From Candidatus Marinacidobacterales bacterium (GTDB lineage Bacteria > Acidobacteriota > Vicinamibacteria > Marinacidobacterales > DATDRI01): a stretch of DNA of 64,000 nucleotides. Positions 1-10,935 of this stretch are shown piece after piece; position 1 is the stretch's first letter, and every line of letters starts with the position of its first letter. A model generated the notes under the pieces. It did not search any database and was not told the DNA's origin. It worked only from the letters and a program-made list of their open reading frames with translations. Both the position numbers and the translations under genes were made by a program. The stretch lies in assembly GCA_965226495.1 (NCBI GenBank), contig OZ245365.1, positions 4,280,563 through 4,344,562 of the forward strand, given 5' to 3'.

Positions 1-1160
1 TGTTGAGCGCCGCCCACGCCCAACACGGCCTCCGCTAGGGCCATTCCACCCGCGTAAGGTGCTCCCCGATCCGCGACCTGCGTCGTCCGCCCCGGCCACC
101 TACCGATTTCACCAAGCGCCGTGGGTGCAGTCGCCGGCGCCCAATCCCTTCCTACCGCCAGCTCTGGTGCCCTCCCCTCAGCGTGGAGCGCATTGCGCAC
201 CACAGAGAACACCGAATCGTGGACGAACTGTTGATCGACGAAGCGCACTTCCGACTTCCCCGGATGCACGTTGACGTCCAGCTTGTCGGGCGAGAGCTCC
301 AGAAAAAGGTAGAGCAACGGCGTACCCTGTTTAGTCGATACCTGGCGATAGGCCTCGAGCACGGCATGGGTGAGGATTCGATCTTTGACGGATCGCCCGT
401 TGACGAAGAGGTGAAGACGGGTCGCCGTTCCCCGTGCTTCGGCCGGTGGAGAAAGCCATGCCGTTAAGTGAAGCCCCCCCACCGACTCATCGAGAGACAC
501 CGCACCTTCCACCCAACCTCCCTCCAGTTGGAAGATTCTTTCTCTCCTCGCTGCTACCGGTGGGGTGTCGAGCACCTTCCGGCCGCGATGCTCGAGACGG
601 AAGTGAACCTCGGGGTGAGCCGCAGCCAGGTTCGACATCAAGGCTGCGATGTGTGACGACTCGGTGCCATCGGTGCGAAGAAACTTCCGTCGGGCGGGTA
701 CGTTGAAGAAAAGGCGGCGGACGTCCACGATGGTTCCACGTGGCAGGCCGATCTCACCCTCTCGGATGATACTTCCCCCTTCCACTACGATCTCGCGGCC
801 GGCGGCACTTTCCTCGTCGCGCGTGCGGAGCGTGAAATGAGAAACCGATGCGATGGCAGGAAGAGCCTCACCACGGAAACCCAAAGTATTGATTTGTGAA
901 AGCTGTTCCACCGCCTGTATCTTGCTCGTGGCGTGTCGTTCGAGGGCGAGCCGGGCGTCTTCCGGATCCATGCCGACACCATCGTCGACGACCCGGATGC
1001 GATCCTTGCCGCTTTTTTCGATGAGGACCGAAATGGAGCGGGCCGAGGCGTCGAGGGAGTTCTCGACGAGCTCTTTAACGACCGAGGATGGCCGTTCTAC
1101 GACCTCACCCGCCGCGATCTGGCTGGCCAGTGCTTCGGGTAATACTCTGACCTTGGACAC
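1..1160 (-). CDS. mutL: DNA mismatch repair protein MutL, N-terminal ATPase part. The gene runs off the window start, so the C-terminus is missing.
   Basis: Reverse-strand translation from a GTG at 1160-1158 gives MSKVRVLPEALASQIAAGEVVERPSSVVKELVENSLDA, the canonical MutL N-terminus. The frame stays open to position 1. The plus-strand ORFs in this region are antisense artefacts. Confidence 0.85.
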   Translation of the reverse strand, partial: MSKVRVLPEALASQIAAGEVVERPSSVVKELVENSLDASARSISVLIEKSGKDRIRVVDDGVGMDPEDARLALERHATSKIQAVEQLSQINTLGFRGEALPAIASVSHFTLRTRDEESAAGREIVVEGGSIIREGEIGLPRGTIVDVRRLFFNVPARRKFLRTDGTESSHIAALMSNLAAAHPEVHFRLEHRGRKVLDTPPVAARRERIFQLEGGWVEGAVSLDESVGGLHLTAWLSPPAEARGTATRLHLFVNGRSVKDRILTHAVLEAYRQVSTKQGTPLLYLFLELSPDKLDVNVHPGKSEVRFVDQQFVHDSVFSVVRNALHAEGRAPELAVGRDWAPATAPTALGEIGRWPGRTTQVADRGAPYAGGMALAEAVLGVGGAQ

Positions 1161-1162
1161 GC

Positions 1163-3922
1163 CTACTTCGCGGCTTTCTCGACCTTCACGGCTGTATCGC
1201 TCTTCACTTCCTTCTCAACCTCCGCGGCCTCTTCCAAAGCGGCTTGTGCGGCAGCCAACCGTGCTATCGGCACGCGGTACGGCGAGCAACTCACGTAGTC
1301 GAGTCCGATACCGTGAAAGAAGCGGATGGAGTCTGGCTCGCCACCATGCTCTCCGCAAATACCGACCTTCAGGTTGGGCCGCGCTCGCCGACCACTTTCG
1401 GTAGCGGCGCGCACCAAGGTCCCCACTGCTTTCACATCGATACTCTCGAAGGGGTCCCTCCCCAGAATACCCATCTTAAAATAGACAGGGAGGAACTTAC
1501 CGACATCGTCGCGGGAAAAACCGAAGGTCATCTGCGTCAGGTCGTTGGTGCCGAAAGAGAAAAACTCCGCCTGCCCAGCGATTTCATCCGCAGTCAAAGC
1601 CGCCCGCGGCAACTCGATCATGGTTCCGACTTGATAGTCGACATCGATCTTCTCCGCCGTCATCACCTCCCGGGCCACCTCGTCCACGATTTTCTTCTGT
1701 TCCTCGAACTCCTTCACCATCCCCACCAGCGGGATCATGACTTCCGGCTTGGGGTCGCCGCCTTCCTTGGTGACGAGACAGGCCGCCTCGAAAATAGCAC
1801 GGGTTTGCATGCGGGTGATCTCAGGATAGGTGATCCCCAGGCGACATCCCCGGTGGCCGAGCATGGGGTTGAACTCGTGGAGTTGCTCCACCCGAACGAG
1901 TAGATTTTCGAGCCGTTCCACCTTCGTGCGGTTCCGAATCTTTCCCAAGGTGAGCTCGGCGATCTGGCGCATGAGGTTCTCGCGCTTGGGAAGGAACTCG
2001 TGGAGCGGCGGATCGAGTAAGCGGATTGTGACCGGCAAACCCTTCATCACACGAAAAAGACCCACGAAGTCGTCGCGCTGGAGAGGCGCCAGTTGGTCGA
2101 GATGTTTCTTCCGCTCCTTGGTCGTGGTGGCCAGAATCATTTTTTCTACGATCGGAAGCCGAGCCTCGGCGAAGAACATGTGTTCGGTGCGACACAACCC
2201 GATACCACGGGCGCCGAATGCCAAGGCGGTTGCCGCATCCGTGGGTACGTCGGCATTGGCGCGAATGCCCAAGTGCCGCTCCGCGTCGGCCCACTCGAGG
2301 AGGGTGGCGAAATCTCGGTACATCTTGGATTTCTCCGGAGCCAGCTTTCCCTGCACGACCTGGATGATCTCGGAAGGCACGGTCGCCACCTCGGCAAGCA
2401 TCACCTCGCCGGTCGAACCGTCGATCGATATGACATCGCCCTCATTGATGGAAGTGCCGTTGATCTCGAGCTGTCTGGCAGCCAGATCGATGCGGAGGCC
2501 GCCGCAACCCACCACGGCGGGCTTTCCCATCTGCCGGCCTACCACCGCGGCGTGAGAAGTGCGGCCCCCGGTCACGGTGAGAATACCCTGCGCAGCGCTC
2601 ATTCCATGAACGTCGTCAGGAGATGTTTCCGTGCGAACTAGGAGCACCCGCTTCCCGGAAATCGCCCACTCCACAGCATCGTCCGCGTCGAAGACGACCT
2701 GGCCCGATGCGGCGCCCGGTGAGGCGGGAATGCCCTTGGCCACCGATTTGATGTCTTGGCGCGCTTTTGGATCGAAGAGCGGATGCAGAAGCTGATTCAA
2801 GGACCTGGGCTCGACTCGAAGGAGCGCCTCCTTCGGCGTAATGATCCCTTCCTCCACCATGTCCACCGCGATGCGAACCGCCGCCGGCCCGGTTCGCTTA
2901 CCGCTCCGGGTCTGGAGCATGTAGAGCTTGCCTTCCTCGATCGTGAACTCGAAGTCTTGAACGTCTCGGTAATGTCGCTCGAGTCTCTCGCCGATGCCCT
3001 TCAGCTCTTTGTACGCTTCCGGTAAGACGTTTTCGAGCTCGCAAATAAGCTGAGGAGTCCGGATGCCGGCTACCACGTCCTCTCCCTGAGCATTCACCAG
3101 GAACTCACCGAAGAACTCTTTCTCTCCGGTTGCCGGGTCTCGTGTGAAACCCACGCCCGTTGCGGAACGCGGCCCCAGATTCCCAAAAACCATCTTCTGG
3201 ACGTTCACGCCCGTTCCGAGGTTTTCGGGAATGTGGTAAATCCTCCGGTACTCTTTGGCCCGCGGGTTGTTCCAACTCTTGAAGACCGCGTCTCTCGCTA
3301 GAACGAGTTGTTGGCGGGTGTCTTGCGGAAACTCTTCGCCGGTATCTTTTTTCACCAAAGCTTTGAAGCGCTCGACCACTTCCTTGAGATGCGCCTCGTC
3401 TAACTCGGAATCGGTCTCGACGCCCGTCGATCGCTTGACCACCTCGAGCAGAGTCTCGAAGAAGGAAGACTTGATGCCGAGCACCACAGCCCCGAACATC
3501 TGGATGAAGCGGCGGTAGCTGTCGAAGGCAAACCGACCGTCTCCGGAGGCGCGCCGCAAGCCCTCAACGGTCGTGTCGTTCATGCCGAGATTGAGAATCG
3601 TGTCCATCATTCCGGGCATGGAGAACTTGGCACCGCTGCGAACGGAGAGGAGGAGTGGTTTCTCCGGGTCACCGAGCCTTTGCCCGACAGAGTCTTCGAG
3701 TCGGGTCAACGTCACGAGAAACTCGCGCTCGATTTCGTCGGGTAGCTTCTGGTGTCGTGAGTATATGCGGCAGGCCTCGGTGGAGAGCGTAAACCCCGGC
3801 GGTACGGGCAGGCCGGCGTTCGTCATCTCAGCCAGACCCGCGCCCTTTCCCCCCAGGACGTCCTTCATGTCCCGGTGGCCGTCAGCCTTACCGTCGCCAA
3901 AGTAATAGACGTATTGCGGCAT
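1163..3922 (-). CDS. ppdK: Pyruvate, phosphate dikinase
   Basis: 919 aa protein with the PPDK N-terminus [15 protein letters not shown]...GGKGAGLAEM, a PEP-utilising domain and a typical C-terminus. The stop/start overlaps glyS by 1 nt. Confidence 0.95.
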   Translation of the reverse strand: MPQYVYYFGDGKADGHRDMKDVLGGKGAGLAEMTNAGLPVPPGFTLSTEACRIYSRHQKLPDEIEREFLVTLTRLEDSVGQRLGDPEKPLLLSVRSGAKFSMPGMMDTILNLGMNDTTVEGLRRASGDGRFAFDSYRRFIQMFGAVVLGIKSSFFETLLEVVKRSTGVETDSELDEAHLKEVVERFKALVKKDTGEEFPQDTRQQLVLARDAVFKSWNNPRAKEYRRIYHIPENLGTGVNVQKMVFGNLGPRSATGVGFTRDPATGEKEFFGEFLVNAQGEDVVAGIRTPQLICELENVLPEAYKELKGIGERLERHYRDVQDFEFTIEEGKLYMLQTRSGKRTGPAAVRIAVDMVEEGIITPKEALLRVEPRSLNQLLHPLFDPKARQDIKSVAKGIPASPGAASGQVVFDADDAVEWAISGKRVLLVRTETSPDDVHGMSAAQGILTVTGGRTSHAAVVGRQMGKPAVVGCGGLRIDLAARQLEINGTSINEGDVISIDGSTGEVMLAEVATVPSEIIQVVQGKLAPEKSKMYRDFATLLEWADAERHLGIRANADVPTDAATALAFGARGIGLCRTEHMFFAEARLPIVEKMILATTTKERKKHLDQLAPLQRDDFVGLFRVMKGLPVTIRLLDPPLHEFLPKRENLMRQIAELTLGKIRNRTKVERLENLLVRVEQLHEFNPMLGHRGCRLGITYPEITRMQTRAIFEAACLVTKEGGDPKPEVMIPLVGMVKEFEEQKKIVDEVAREVMTAEKIDVDYQVGTMIELPRAALTADEIAGQAEFFSFGTNDLTQMTFGFSRDDVGKFLPVYFKMGILGRDPFESIDVKAVGTLVRAATESGRRARPNLKVGICGEHGGEPDSIRFFHGIGLDYVSCSPYRVPIARLAAAQAALEEAAEVEKEVKSDTAVKVEKAAK

Positions 3923-6087
3923 TAAGATGACCCTGGGCCCGGGCCGGTCATGATCTCGGAAAGGTCCGCCACCCGCGTAAACAGAGCCTGAAGCGCATAT
4001 AGCAGCGCCAGGCGGTTCTCCTTGAGACGCCGATCCGGTGCCATGACCAGGACTTTATCAAAAAAGGTGTCGACTTGCGGCCGGAGCCGGGAGAGCACTC
4101 GCAGCGCTTCCTCGTACTGACCGGCGGCGATGAGCGCGGACGCCCGAGGCTCGACCGCCTTGAACGACGACCAGAGCTCCCTCTCCGCCTCTTCCGCAAA
4201 CGCGTCGGGAGAGACGGCGGGTAGCTTCTCGTCAGAGAGGATATTGCGCACTCTCTTGAAGGCAACGGAAAGGGCCTCGAAATCTTCTGAGCCGCGGAGC
4301 CCCGCTACCGCGGCCAGCCGGCGCTTGAGGTCCGCCACCGGAAGATCGAGAGCCCCCACGGCGAACACCGCACTGATCTCGTCGAAACGAAAGTCGCGGC
4401 TGAACACGTAACGGAGTCGATCCTTGAGAAACTCGCCGAGAAGTTCTACCGCCTTCGGGTCCACCGCATCGCCGAGTTGCTTCTTCACGATGTTGAAGGC
4501 TTCATCCAGCAGCTGCCGGAGGGTGACGCCGAGCTTCAACCCGACTCGTTCCTCCCCTTCTAGCAGCATGCGAATGACACCCAACGCTTGTCGGCGGAGC
4601 GCGAACGGGTCCCTCGAACCGGTTGGGATGACCCCAGCAGAGAACATTCCGGCCAGACTGTCGAGCTTGTCCGCTAATGACAAGACGGTGCCGGTGGCGT
4701 TGGCGGGGAAATCGGAACGGCCTTCGAGAGTCAGAGGTTGATAGTGAGAGCCGATTGCCTCCGAGACTTCCCCGGGCTCCCCTTGCTCCCGAGCGTAAAG
4801 CCCGCCCATGATTCCTTGAAGCTCCGGAAACTCCCCCACCATGTCGGTGACTAGATCACACTTGGCCAGGTGCGCGGCCCGCTCCGCGTGCTCTACGTGC
4901 TCAGCAGGCGAGCCGGCCTGCTTGGCGAGCCAGCTCGCCAAGGGAACGATACGTTCCACTTTGTCGCGGTAGCTCCCGAGCTTCTCGTGGAACAAGACCC
5001 CGCTCAGTTTATCGACCCGAGCTTCGAGTGGTCTCTTGAGGTCCTCGTTCCAAAAGAACTGAGCATCCCGCAACCGGGCTACCACCACCCGCTCACTGCC
5101 CTTGCGGATGTATCCTTTTCGATCCGACGGCATGTTGGTGATGGCGATGAAGGCGGGAACTTTCCTTAGTGGAATGTACTTCTGATGGTGAATGAGAACG
5201 GTGTACCTCACGGCCTCCGGAAGGGCGGTGAACTCCTTAGGGTACTTTCCGAGAACGGCTCCCGGCCATTCGACGAGATCGGCGAGTACTCTCGTCGTCA
5301 ACGCCCCCAAGTCCAAAACCCTCTTGGCGCCCGACTTCTTCTCAAGCTTGCCGATCTCCTTCTCGAGGCGTTTTTCTCGATCGACGGGATCGAGCAGAAC
5401 GAAATATTTCTTTAGTCGCTGGTTGAGATCGCGAAACGAGCTCACCGCGAAGGGCGCGTTGGGCTTCTTGCCTTGAGGCGCTAGAAAGCGATGCCCGCGC
5501 GTCTTGTTCCCCGCTCGCACGCTGCCGTTCCCCAGTGCCCGGATCTCGAATGGCACCACCTTTTTTCCAAGGAGACACACCATCCAACGAATGGGTCTTC
5601 CAAAAGGGAAAGCACCTCGCCCGTCGGCGATCTCCGCGTCCCAGTTCATGAACTTGGGGAAACTCAGGTTCCGGAGCGTCTCCGCCATGATGGAAGGGAG
5701 AAGCTTGACCGTCTGCTTTCCTTTCACCTCTCGAACGAAGCCGACGTATTCCCCCTTCTTCGTCTTCAAGAGCTTGAGCTTACTTGGCTGCAGCTGGTTC
5801 TTTCGGGCGAAGCCAAGAGCCGCCTTACTCCATTCACCGCTTTCGGTCCTGGCGATGGAAGCGGGTGGCCCGGTGACTTCTTCCCGGCGGTCGGCCTGTT
5901 TCTCTGCGAGCTTCGGTACGTGTACGACCAAGCGCCGGGGTGTCCCATACACTTCGACCTCGGCGCCGAACCCATGCTGCTCCAGCTGCTTTTGGAAATC
6001 TTTACTGAGCTGCCGAATGGTGCCCGGCAGCCAACCGGCAGGGAATTCCTCGCAGCCAATCTCCCAAAGGAAGGGGACGGTTTTCAT
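3922..6087 (-). CDS. glyS: Glycine--tRNA ligase beta subunit
   Basis: 721 aa, standard GlyS size and sequence, directly downstream of glyQ with a 4-nt ATGA overlap. Confidence 0.93.
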   Translation of the reverse strand: MKTVPFLWEIGCEEFPAGWLPGTIRQLSKDFQKQLEQHGFGAEVEVYGTPRRLVVHVPKLAEKQADRREEVTGPPASIARTESGEWSKAALGFARKNQLQPSKLKLLKTKKGEYVGFVREVKGKQTVKLLPSIMAETLRNLSFPKFMNWDAEIADGRGAFPFGRPIRWMVCLLGKKVVPFEIRALGNGSVRAGNKTRGHRFLAPQGKKPNAPFAVSSFRDLNQRLKKYFVLLDPVDREKRLEKEIGKLEKKSGAKRVLDLGALTTRVLADLVEWPGAVLGKYPKEFTALPEAVRYTVLIHHQKYIPLRKVPAFIAITNMPSDRKGYIRKGSERVVVARLRDAQFFWNEDLKRPLEARVDKLSGVLFHEKLGSYRDKVERIVPLASWLAKQAGSPAEHVEHAERAAHLAKCDLVTDMVGEFPELQGIMGGLYAREQGEPGEVSEAIGSHYQPLTLEGRSDFPANATGTVLSLADKLDSLAGMFSAGVIPTGSRDPFALRRQALGVIRMLLEGEERVGLKLGVTLRQLLDEAFNIVKKQLGDAVDPKAVELLGEFLKDRLRYVFSRDFRFDEISAVFAVGALDLPVADLKRRLAAVAGLRGSEDFEALSVAFKRVRNILSDEKLPAVSPDAFAEEAERELWSSFKAVEPRASALIAAGQYEEALRVLSRLRPQVDTFFDKVLVMAPDRRLKENRLALLYALQALFTRVADLSEIMTGPGPGSS

Positions 6088-6965
6088 AAGGCTGCTTGAT
6101 CGGGGATGGCGACGCTTGGGGCGGGCGAAGTGGCATCGACGTACACTTGGGCGACTCGACAGGCCAGGTCGCGCACCTTGAGGATGTGCGCGGTTCTTTC
6201 GTTGACCGATAATGCACCGCGGGCATCCAATGTATTAAAGATGTGCGAGCACTTGAGAACTGTCTCGTATGCGGCCAAGTAAAGCCCCTCACTCAATAAG
6301 CGTTCACCCTCGAGGCGGTACTCCTCGAAGTGCCGTCGAAATAGCTCGACGTTCGCCGCTTCGAAGCTAAAGCGAGAGCCTTCGAACTCGTCGCGATGCC
6401 TTACTTGGCGATACGTTACACCAGGAGCCCATTCGAGATCGTAGACGTCGTCGACACCCTGGAGATGCATGTCGAGCCGTTCGAGTCCGTACGTGATCTC
6501 GACCGAAATAGGTGCCAGCTCGATCCCGCCGGCTTGTTGGAAATACGTAAATTGAGAGATCTCCAAGCCGTCGAGCAGAACCTGCCACCCGATACCCCAA
6601 GCTCCCAGTGTCGGCGACTCCCAGTTGTCCTCCTCGAAACGAATGTCGTGGAGGCGAGGATCGATGCCGCAGACCTTGAGGCTTTCCAAGTACACGTCCT
6701 GAATATCGGCGGGTGCCGGCTTCAAGATGAGCTGCAGCTGATAGTGCTTATAGAGACGGTTGGGATTCTCTCCGTAGCGCCCATCGGCCGGCCGGCGAGA
6801 GGGCTGAACGTAGACGACGCGCCAGGGGTCGGGGCCCAAGACCCGAAAGAAGGTCTCCGGGTGCATCGTTCCGGCGCCCATCTCTTGATCGTAGGGTTGA
6901 TGCACCACAACTCCACGCTCTGCCCAAAAGCGCGACAGCGAGAGGACGAGATCCTGGAATCTCAC
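6084..6965 (-). CDS. glyQ: Glycine--tRNA ligase alpha subunit
   Basis: 293 aa, [40 protein letters not shown] is the conserved GlyQ N-terminus. Confidence 0.95.
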   Translation of the reverse strand: MRFQDLVLSLSRFWAERGVVVHQPYDQEMGAGTMHPETFFRVLGPDPWRVVYVQPSRRPADGRYGENPNRLYKHYQLQLILKPAPADIQDVYLESLKVCGIDPRLHDIRFEEDNWESPTLGAWGIGWQVLLDGLEISQFTYFQQAGGIELAPISVEITYGLERLDMHLQGVDDVYDLEWAPGVTYRQVRHRDEFEGSRFSFEAANVELFRRHFEEYRLEGERLLSEGLYLAAYETVLKCSHIFNTLDARGALSVNERTAHILKVRDLACRVAQVYVDATSPAPSVAIPDQAAL

Positions 6966-7735
6966 GTTCTCTTCTCCAGACGCAGCATATCCTCGAGTAC
7001 CTGCATGGCGTTCGGCTCTCTGTCGAGCTGCTGCCCGATCACCCTACGATTCAGCTTCGCTATCTCATCCAAGACTTGCTCTGCTTCCTGTGCGGGCGGA
7101 GCGGGAAGCTCTCCGGGCGGTCGATGCCAGATCTGCTCGAGATAGCGAAGCGAGGCGGGCGACAGCGAGACGCCATTCCGCGCTCGGCGACCACAGCGAG
7201 TACATTGGAGATGGTGCTCATCGATTACGTAGTGCGCGCCTTCTTGGATGAGCTTCGCCCCGCAAACCGAGCAGGTCTCCCCGGTCGGGAAAAACCCTCC
7301 CAGCCTCAGCACCCAAGCCTCGAAGTAGCGCGCGAGACGCCTCGGATCGGAGTCGCTGGTGAGCGCGGCAGCCGCCGCCTTCATCAGACGGTACAACTTG
7401 GCGTTCGGTTCCCGATCGGGTGCGAACGAATCGACCAAGTCCGCGAAATAGGCCAGTGTGCACGCGTGGAGTGGATCTCCTGCATGGGAAAAACCGGAAT
7501 GGATTATATCACAACGATCGACACTCACTACCTCACGACTCTCCTTCTCGAAGAACGTGAGCTCGATCTCGGTTCCAACCTCTAGACTTCCACCAAATTT
7601 CGAGCGAGGTCGCCGCGCGCCTTTGGCACGGCCCTGGATCTTCCCATGCTGGCGGGTCAGGAAGACGACCAGTTTATCCGCCTCACCGACTCGATAGGTG
7701 CGAAGAACGAGCGCTTCGCTGTGACGAACGGGCAT
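6962..7735 (-). CDS. recO: DNA repair protein RecO. The annotated start is the internal ATG giving [11 protein letters not shown]; the ORF-track start at 7804 would overlap mgtE by 62 nt.
   Basis: RecO-like OB-fold N-terminus ([26 protein letters not shown]) and a C-terminal Cys4 zinc motif (CSVCG...CTRCG). An ATG at 7735-7733 was checked. Confidence 0.8.
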   Translation of the reverse strand: MPVRHSEALVLRTYRVGEADKLVVFLTRQHGKIQGRAKGARRPRSKFGGSLEVGTEIELTFFEKESREVVSVDRCDIIHSGFSHAGDPLHACTLAYFADLVDSFAPDREPNAKLYRLMKAAAAALTSDSDPRRLARYFEAWVLRLGGFFPTGETCSVCGAKLIQEGAHYVIDEHHLQCTRCGRRARNGVSLSPASLRYLEQIWHRPPGELPAPPAQEAEQVLDEIAKLNRRVIGQQLDREPNAMQVLEDMLRLEKRT

Positions 7736-7742
7736 GACTCGC

Positions 7743-9104
7743 TCAGACGAAGCGCCCGAGAAAGTACGCTCCAAACCCGAGGAAAAACAAGAATCCGAAG
7801 ACATCCGTGGCGGTGGTGACGAAAACCGAGGATGCTAGGGCGGGATCCACGTTGAGCGCACGCAACGCCAGGGGAACGAGCGTTCCCATTACCGCCGCTA
7901 CCAGAAGGTTTCCTACCATGGCCAGGCCGAGGACCAAACCGAGCACCGGGCTGCCTTTCCAGAAGAAAGCGACCAAGGCCACCAGCACCCCGATCACGAT
8001 TCCGTTGATGAGACCGACCAGCATCTCCTTGACCAGCGCCTTCCGGCTGTTCGACCAACTCAGCTCCCCCAGAGCCATCCCGCGAACCATGACGGTCAGC
8101 GTTTGGGTGCCAGCGTTGCCCCCCAGAAGCGGCACGATGGGCATGAAGACGGCAAGGACGGCGAATTGCTGAATGGCGCCTTCGAAGAGACTCACTACGA
8201 GCGCAGCCAGGAAAGCCGTAGCCAGGTTGACCGCAAGCCATGGAATCCGCATCCGGACCGAGGTCCGGGGTGAACTGAACACTCTTTCATGGACGTCCAA
8301 GCCAGCTAAGCGATAAATGTCCTCGGTGGCCTCTTCTTTGATGACGTCGATGACATCATCAACGGTAATCAGCCCGACCAGCTTGTTTTCCTCGTCCACG
8401 ACGGGCATGGCCAAGATGTTGTACGAATCGACGAGCCGGGCAACGTCTTCCTGGTCGGTGTCGGTCCGGACGCTGATGACGGCCGGGACCATGATGTCCT
8501 TGAGCCGCCTCTCGGGCCGCTTGAGCAAGAGCTGGCGCAGAGAGAGGACACCCACCAGGTGGTTCCTATCGTCCACCAGATATATATAGAAGGCCATCTC
8601 CACCTCACCCATAGTTTGGAGCCGGGTGATGGCCTCGCCTACCGTGGTGTCCTCGGGCAACGAGAACACGTTCGGGTTCATGATACGGCCGGCGGTCTGC
8701 TCTGGATGCTGGAGTAGGTCCTGAACTTCTGCGGCGTCTTTCTGCCGCATGGCACCGAGGATCTCCTCCCGGAGCTCCGCCGGGAGATAGCCTACGAACT
8801 CTGCCGCATCGTCCGGATCCAGCTCCTGGAGAAGCTTCGAGATCTCCTCGGGCGACATGTCGAGCAGCAGCTCGGCACCGCGGTCGACGCCCAGCTCGGA
8901 AAGGGCTTCGCTGGCTAGACTGAGATCCCTTTGAACGAGAAGCTCGAAGGTAGACTTACGGAAATTTTCGTGAAGCTCGCCGAGGAGCTCAGCGATGTCC
9001 GAGGGGTGGAGCTTGCTCAGGATGTTGTAGGCGTTGGGTGTAGCACCACGCCCCACGAGCTTCCGGACCGTCTCGGCGAGTAGAGGGGTCTTGGTCAGAG
9101 GCAT
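7743..9104 (-). CDS. mgtE: Magnesium transporter MgtE. The start is placed at MPLTKTPLL; the 155 codons upstream in the ORF track are not protein-like.
   Basis: MgtE N-domain (SPEEISKLLQELDPDDAAEFVGYLP), tandem CBS domains and a C-terminal TM domain. An ATG at 9104 was verified. Confidence 0.88.
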   Translation of the reverse strand: MPLTKTPLLAETVRKLVGRGATPNAYNILSKLHPSDIAELLGELHENFRKSTFELLVQRDLSLASEALSELGVDRGAELLLDMSPEEISKLLQELDPDDAAEFVGYLPAELREEILGAMRQKDAAEVQDLLQHPEQTAGRIMNPNVFSLPEDTTVGEAITRLQTMGEVEMAFYIYLVDDRNHLVGVLSLRQLLLKRPERRLKDIMVPAVISVRTDTDQEDVARLVDSYNILAMPVVDEENKLVGLITVDDVIDVIKEEATEDIYRLAGLDVHERVFSSPRTSVRMRIPWLAVNLATAFLAALVVSLFEGAIQQFAVLAVFMPIVPLLGGNAGTQTLTVMVRGMALGELSWSNSRKALVKEMLVGLINGIVIGVLVALVAFFWKGSPVLGLVLGLAMVGNLLVAAVMGTLVPLALRALNVDPALASSVFVTTATDVFGFLFFLGFGAYFLGRFV

Positions 9105-9204
9105 CGATACAACCCGATGGGAGGCATTCAGACATGAGCGCGCCAGTTTACCATACAGGGTAGGGCTTGGCCAACTTTGGTGGCCCCTATGCCGCTCTTC
9201 TTGT

Positions 9205-10260
9205 ATGATGAAATCACTCTTCCGACAATTCTTGTTTCCCGGTAACGGAGTAACCGTGATCGATTCCTGGCGCAAGCAGCTCGACTCCCCGTGGCTCGGC
9301 CCGATATTGGGCGTGCTAGCCGGTCTGACGTACGGACTCGTCGCCCGATTTGCCTTCTCGATCTCTGCGATCATGGGCGTCTGGGGAATCATGACCCTGG
9401 GCTTCATCTTCTGGCTCCCCATGGCTCTCGGCGCATTGACTGTTTTCATCGCGCAGAGGAAAGCCGAGAGGACGTGGGTCGTTTCGATCTTCCTGCCCTG
9501 GGTACCGGCACTGCTAGGTATCGGGTCCGCCGTACTTTTGGGCTGGGAGGGAACGATTTGCGTCGTCATGGCGTTGCCGGTTTATCTGCTCATGGCCAGT
9601 CTGGGTGGATATCTCGTTTGGCTCGGAACACGCCACATTCTCCCGTCGGCCCCCAACACCGTTCTGGTGGCAACGCTCGCCCTCTTGCCCTTCCTCTCCG
9701 CGCAAATTGAGCAGAACTTCGAGCTGCCCATTGCGCACCGGCAGGTAGAGACCGAGATCCTGATCGAGGCCTCCCCGTCGAGTGTTTGGCAAAACATCAT
9801 TCGGGTACCAGCCATCGAGGATAACGAGCAACGCACTCTCTCGTTTCATGTGCTGGGATTTCCTAAGCCCATCGAGGCCACTCTCAGCCACGAGGGAGTC
9901 GGAGGTATCCGACACGCGAGCTTCGAGGGTGGACTGGTCTTCGTCGAGACGATCACGGTGTGGGAGCCCGAGAGGGAGCTGGCCTTCGGGATTCAGGTCG
10001 ATCCGGAGATGGTTCCCGCAACGACATTGGATGAGCACGTGGTGGTCGGTGGGCCTTTCTTCGAGACGCTGGACGGCCGCTACCGCATCGAGCCCATGGA
10101 GGATGGCGGAGTCCTACTTCACCTGGAGAGTACGCACCGCCTATCTACACGCTTCAACTTCTACTCCCGCTGGTGGAGCGATCTAATAATGAGGGATATC
10201 CAGAACTACATTCTGGTGATCCTCAAGAAGCGGTGTGAGGAGCAGGAGCGAGGAATCTGA
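9205..10260 (+). CDS. Membrane protein with a C-terminal SRPBCC (polyketide-cyclase/START-like) domain. The start is taken at MMKSLFRQ.
   Basis: About 5 predicted TM helices are followed by a soluble ~150 aa domain with SRPBCC-like composition (SVWQNIIRVPAIEDNE...WEPERELAFGIQVD). The ORF-track start at 9034 overlaps mgtE. Confidence 0.5.
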   Translation: MMKSLFRQFLFPGNGVTVIDSWRKQLDSPWLGPILGVLAGLTYGLVARFAFSISAIMGVWGIMTLGFIFWLPMALGALTVFIAQRKAERTWVVSIFLPWVPALLGIGSAVLLGWEGTICVVMALPVYLLMASLGGYLVWLGTRHILPSAPNTVLVATLALLPFLSAQIEQNFELPIAHRQVETEILIEASPSSVWQNIIRVPAIEDNEQRTLSFHVLGFPKPIEATLSHEGVGGIRHASFEGGLVFVETITVWEPERELAFGIQVDPEMVPATTLDEHVVVGGPFFETLDGRYRIEPMEDGGVLLHLESTHRLSTRFNFYSRWWSDLIMRDIQNYILVILKKRCEEQERGI

Positions 10261-10270
10261 GTATTCACAA

Positions 10271-10582
10271 TTAAGCGCCCACCCGTTCGAGCGGTCGAAC
10301 TTCGCGCTGAATCTTCGCCGATTTCTTTCTCTCGGTTTCCTCCAGGTCGTAGTCCATTTGGAGCCCAAGCCAGAAGCGGCTCGACGTCCCAAAGTAGCGC
10401 GACAACCGGAGGGCCGTATCCGGTGTCACCGAACGCTTCCCCAACACGATTTCGTTGATCCGCCTCGGTGGAACACTGATTTCCCTCGCTAGACGGTTCT
10501 GGCTAATCCCCAGGGGCTCAAGAAACTCCTCCAACAGCACCTCACCAGGATGTACATTCGGCAACTTCTTCGCCATATTCAA
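10271..10582 (-). CDS. higA: HigA-family antitoxin, an XRE-type HTH protein. There is no cognate HigB next to it.
   Basis: LPNVHPGEVLLEEFLEPLGISQNRLAREISVPPRRINEIVLGKRSVTPDTALRLSRYFGTSSRFWLGLQMDYDL is the characteristic HigA/VapI fold sequence. The ORF uses a TTG; an internal ATG (MAKKL) is the more likely start. Confidence 0.75.
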   Translation of the reverse strand: MNMAKKLPNVHPGEVLLEEFLEPLGISQNRLAREISVPPRRINEIVLGKRSVTPDTALRLSRYFGTSSRFWLGLQMDYDLEETERKKSAKIQREVRPLERVGA

Positions 10583-10935
10583 CCCCTATTATCGATGATA
10601 GTCGACGATCTCGTCATATAACGTCAACCGTTACAAAATCACTCGGTCCGGGCCGAGTCCTGAAGCAAGCGACTGGGCCCGGACGGAGTGACTCGCCACG
10701 ATGCCCTAGAACGTCACCCCCCAGACCGCCGTCTGGCTCGCTTCAGACTGGCAACTCCGTTGAATAACGGCCGAAACTGGGCGGGTAGCGGCGCGTCCGG
10801 ACAAGTTACGCCCACAGCACTCTAGAAACCCGTACTTCTACGGATAGACCTGACCCTCGCGATCGAGTAAAAGAAGCCACGGTCGGGGACCGGCCATGGC
10901 AACCCCGTGACCGACAACCCAAAGAAAGAGAACCA

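Noticed and set aside
59-1404. Several plus-strand ORFs (59-274, 183-467, 434-706, 853-1404 and others) at the left edge
   Set aside because: They are low-complexity, Arg/Ser/Pro-rich translations that are antisense to a clearly recognisable mutL gene on the minus strand. They are high-GC antisense artefacts.
9105-9204. M-box (Mg2+) riboswitch upstream of mgtE
   Set aside because: Only ~100 nt separate the mgtE start from the divergent gene's start. This is too short for the ~160-nt M-box, and no conserved M-box helices were evident.
7743-9569. The 608-aa ORF-track version of mgtE, with a 155-aa N-terminal extension overlapping the divergent gene at 9205
   Set aside because: The extension is not protein-like (Pro/Ser/Thr/Arg-rich) and has no MgtE homology. 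The conserved MgtE N-domain begins at the ATG at 9104. The same reasoning was applied to the ORF-track N-terminal extensions of ybeY, the P-II gene (34150..34758), aspS, czcD, the 36143 MBL hydrolase, the 47137 amidohydrolase, and the 44618 membrane protein.
10583-10935. Search for a degraded higB toxin upstream of higA
   Set aside because: Three-frame translation of the 350-bp spacer gives only short stop-interrupted peptides with no RelE/HigB-like motifs. HigA is treated as orphan.
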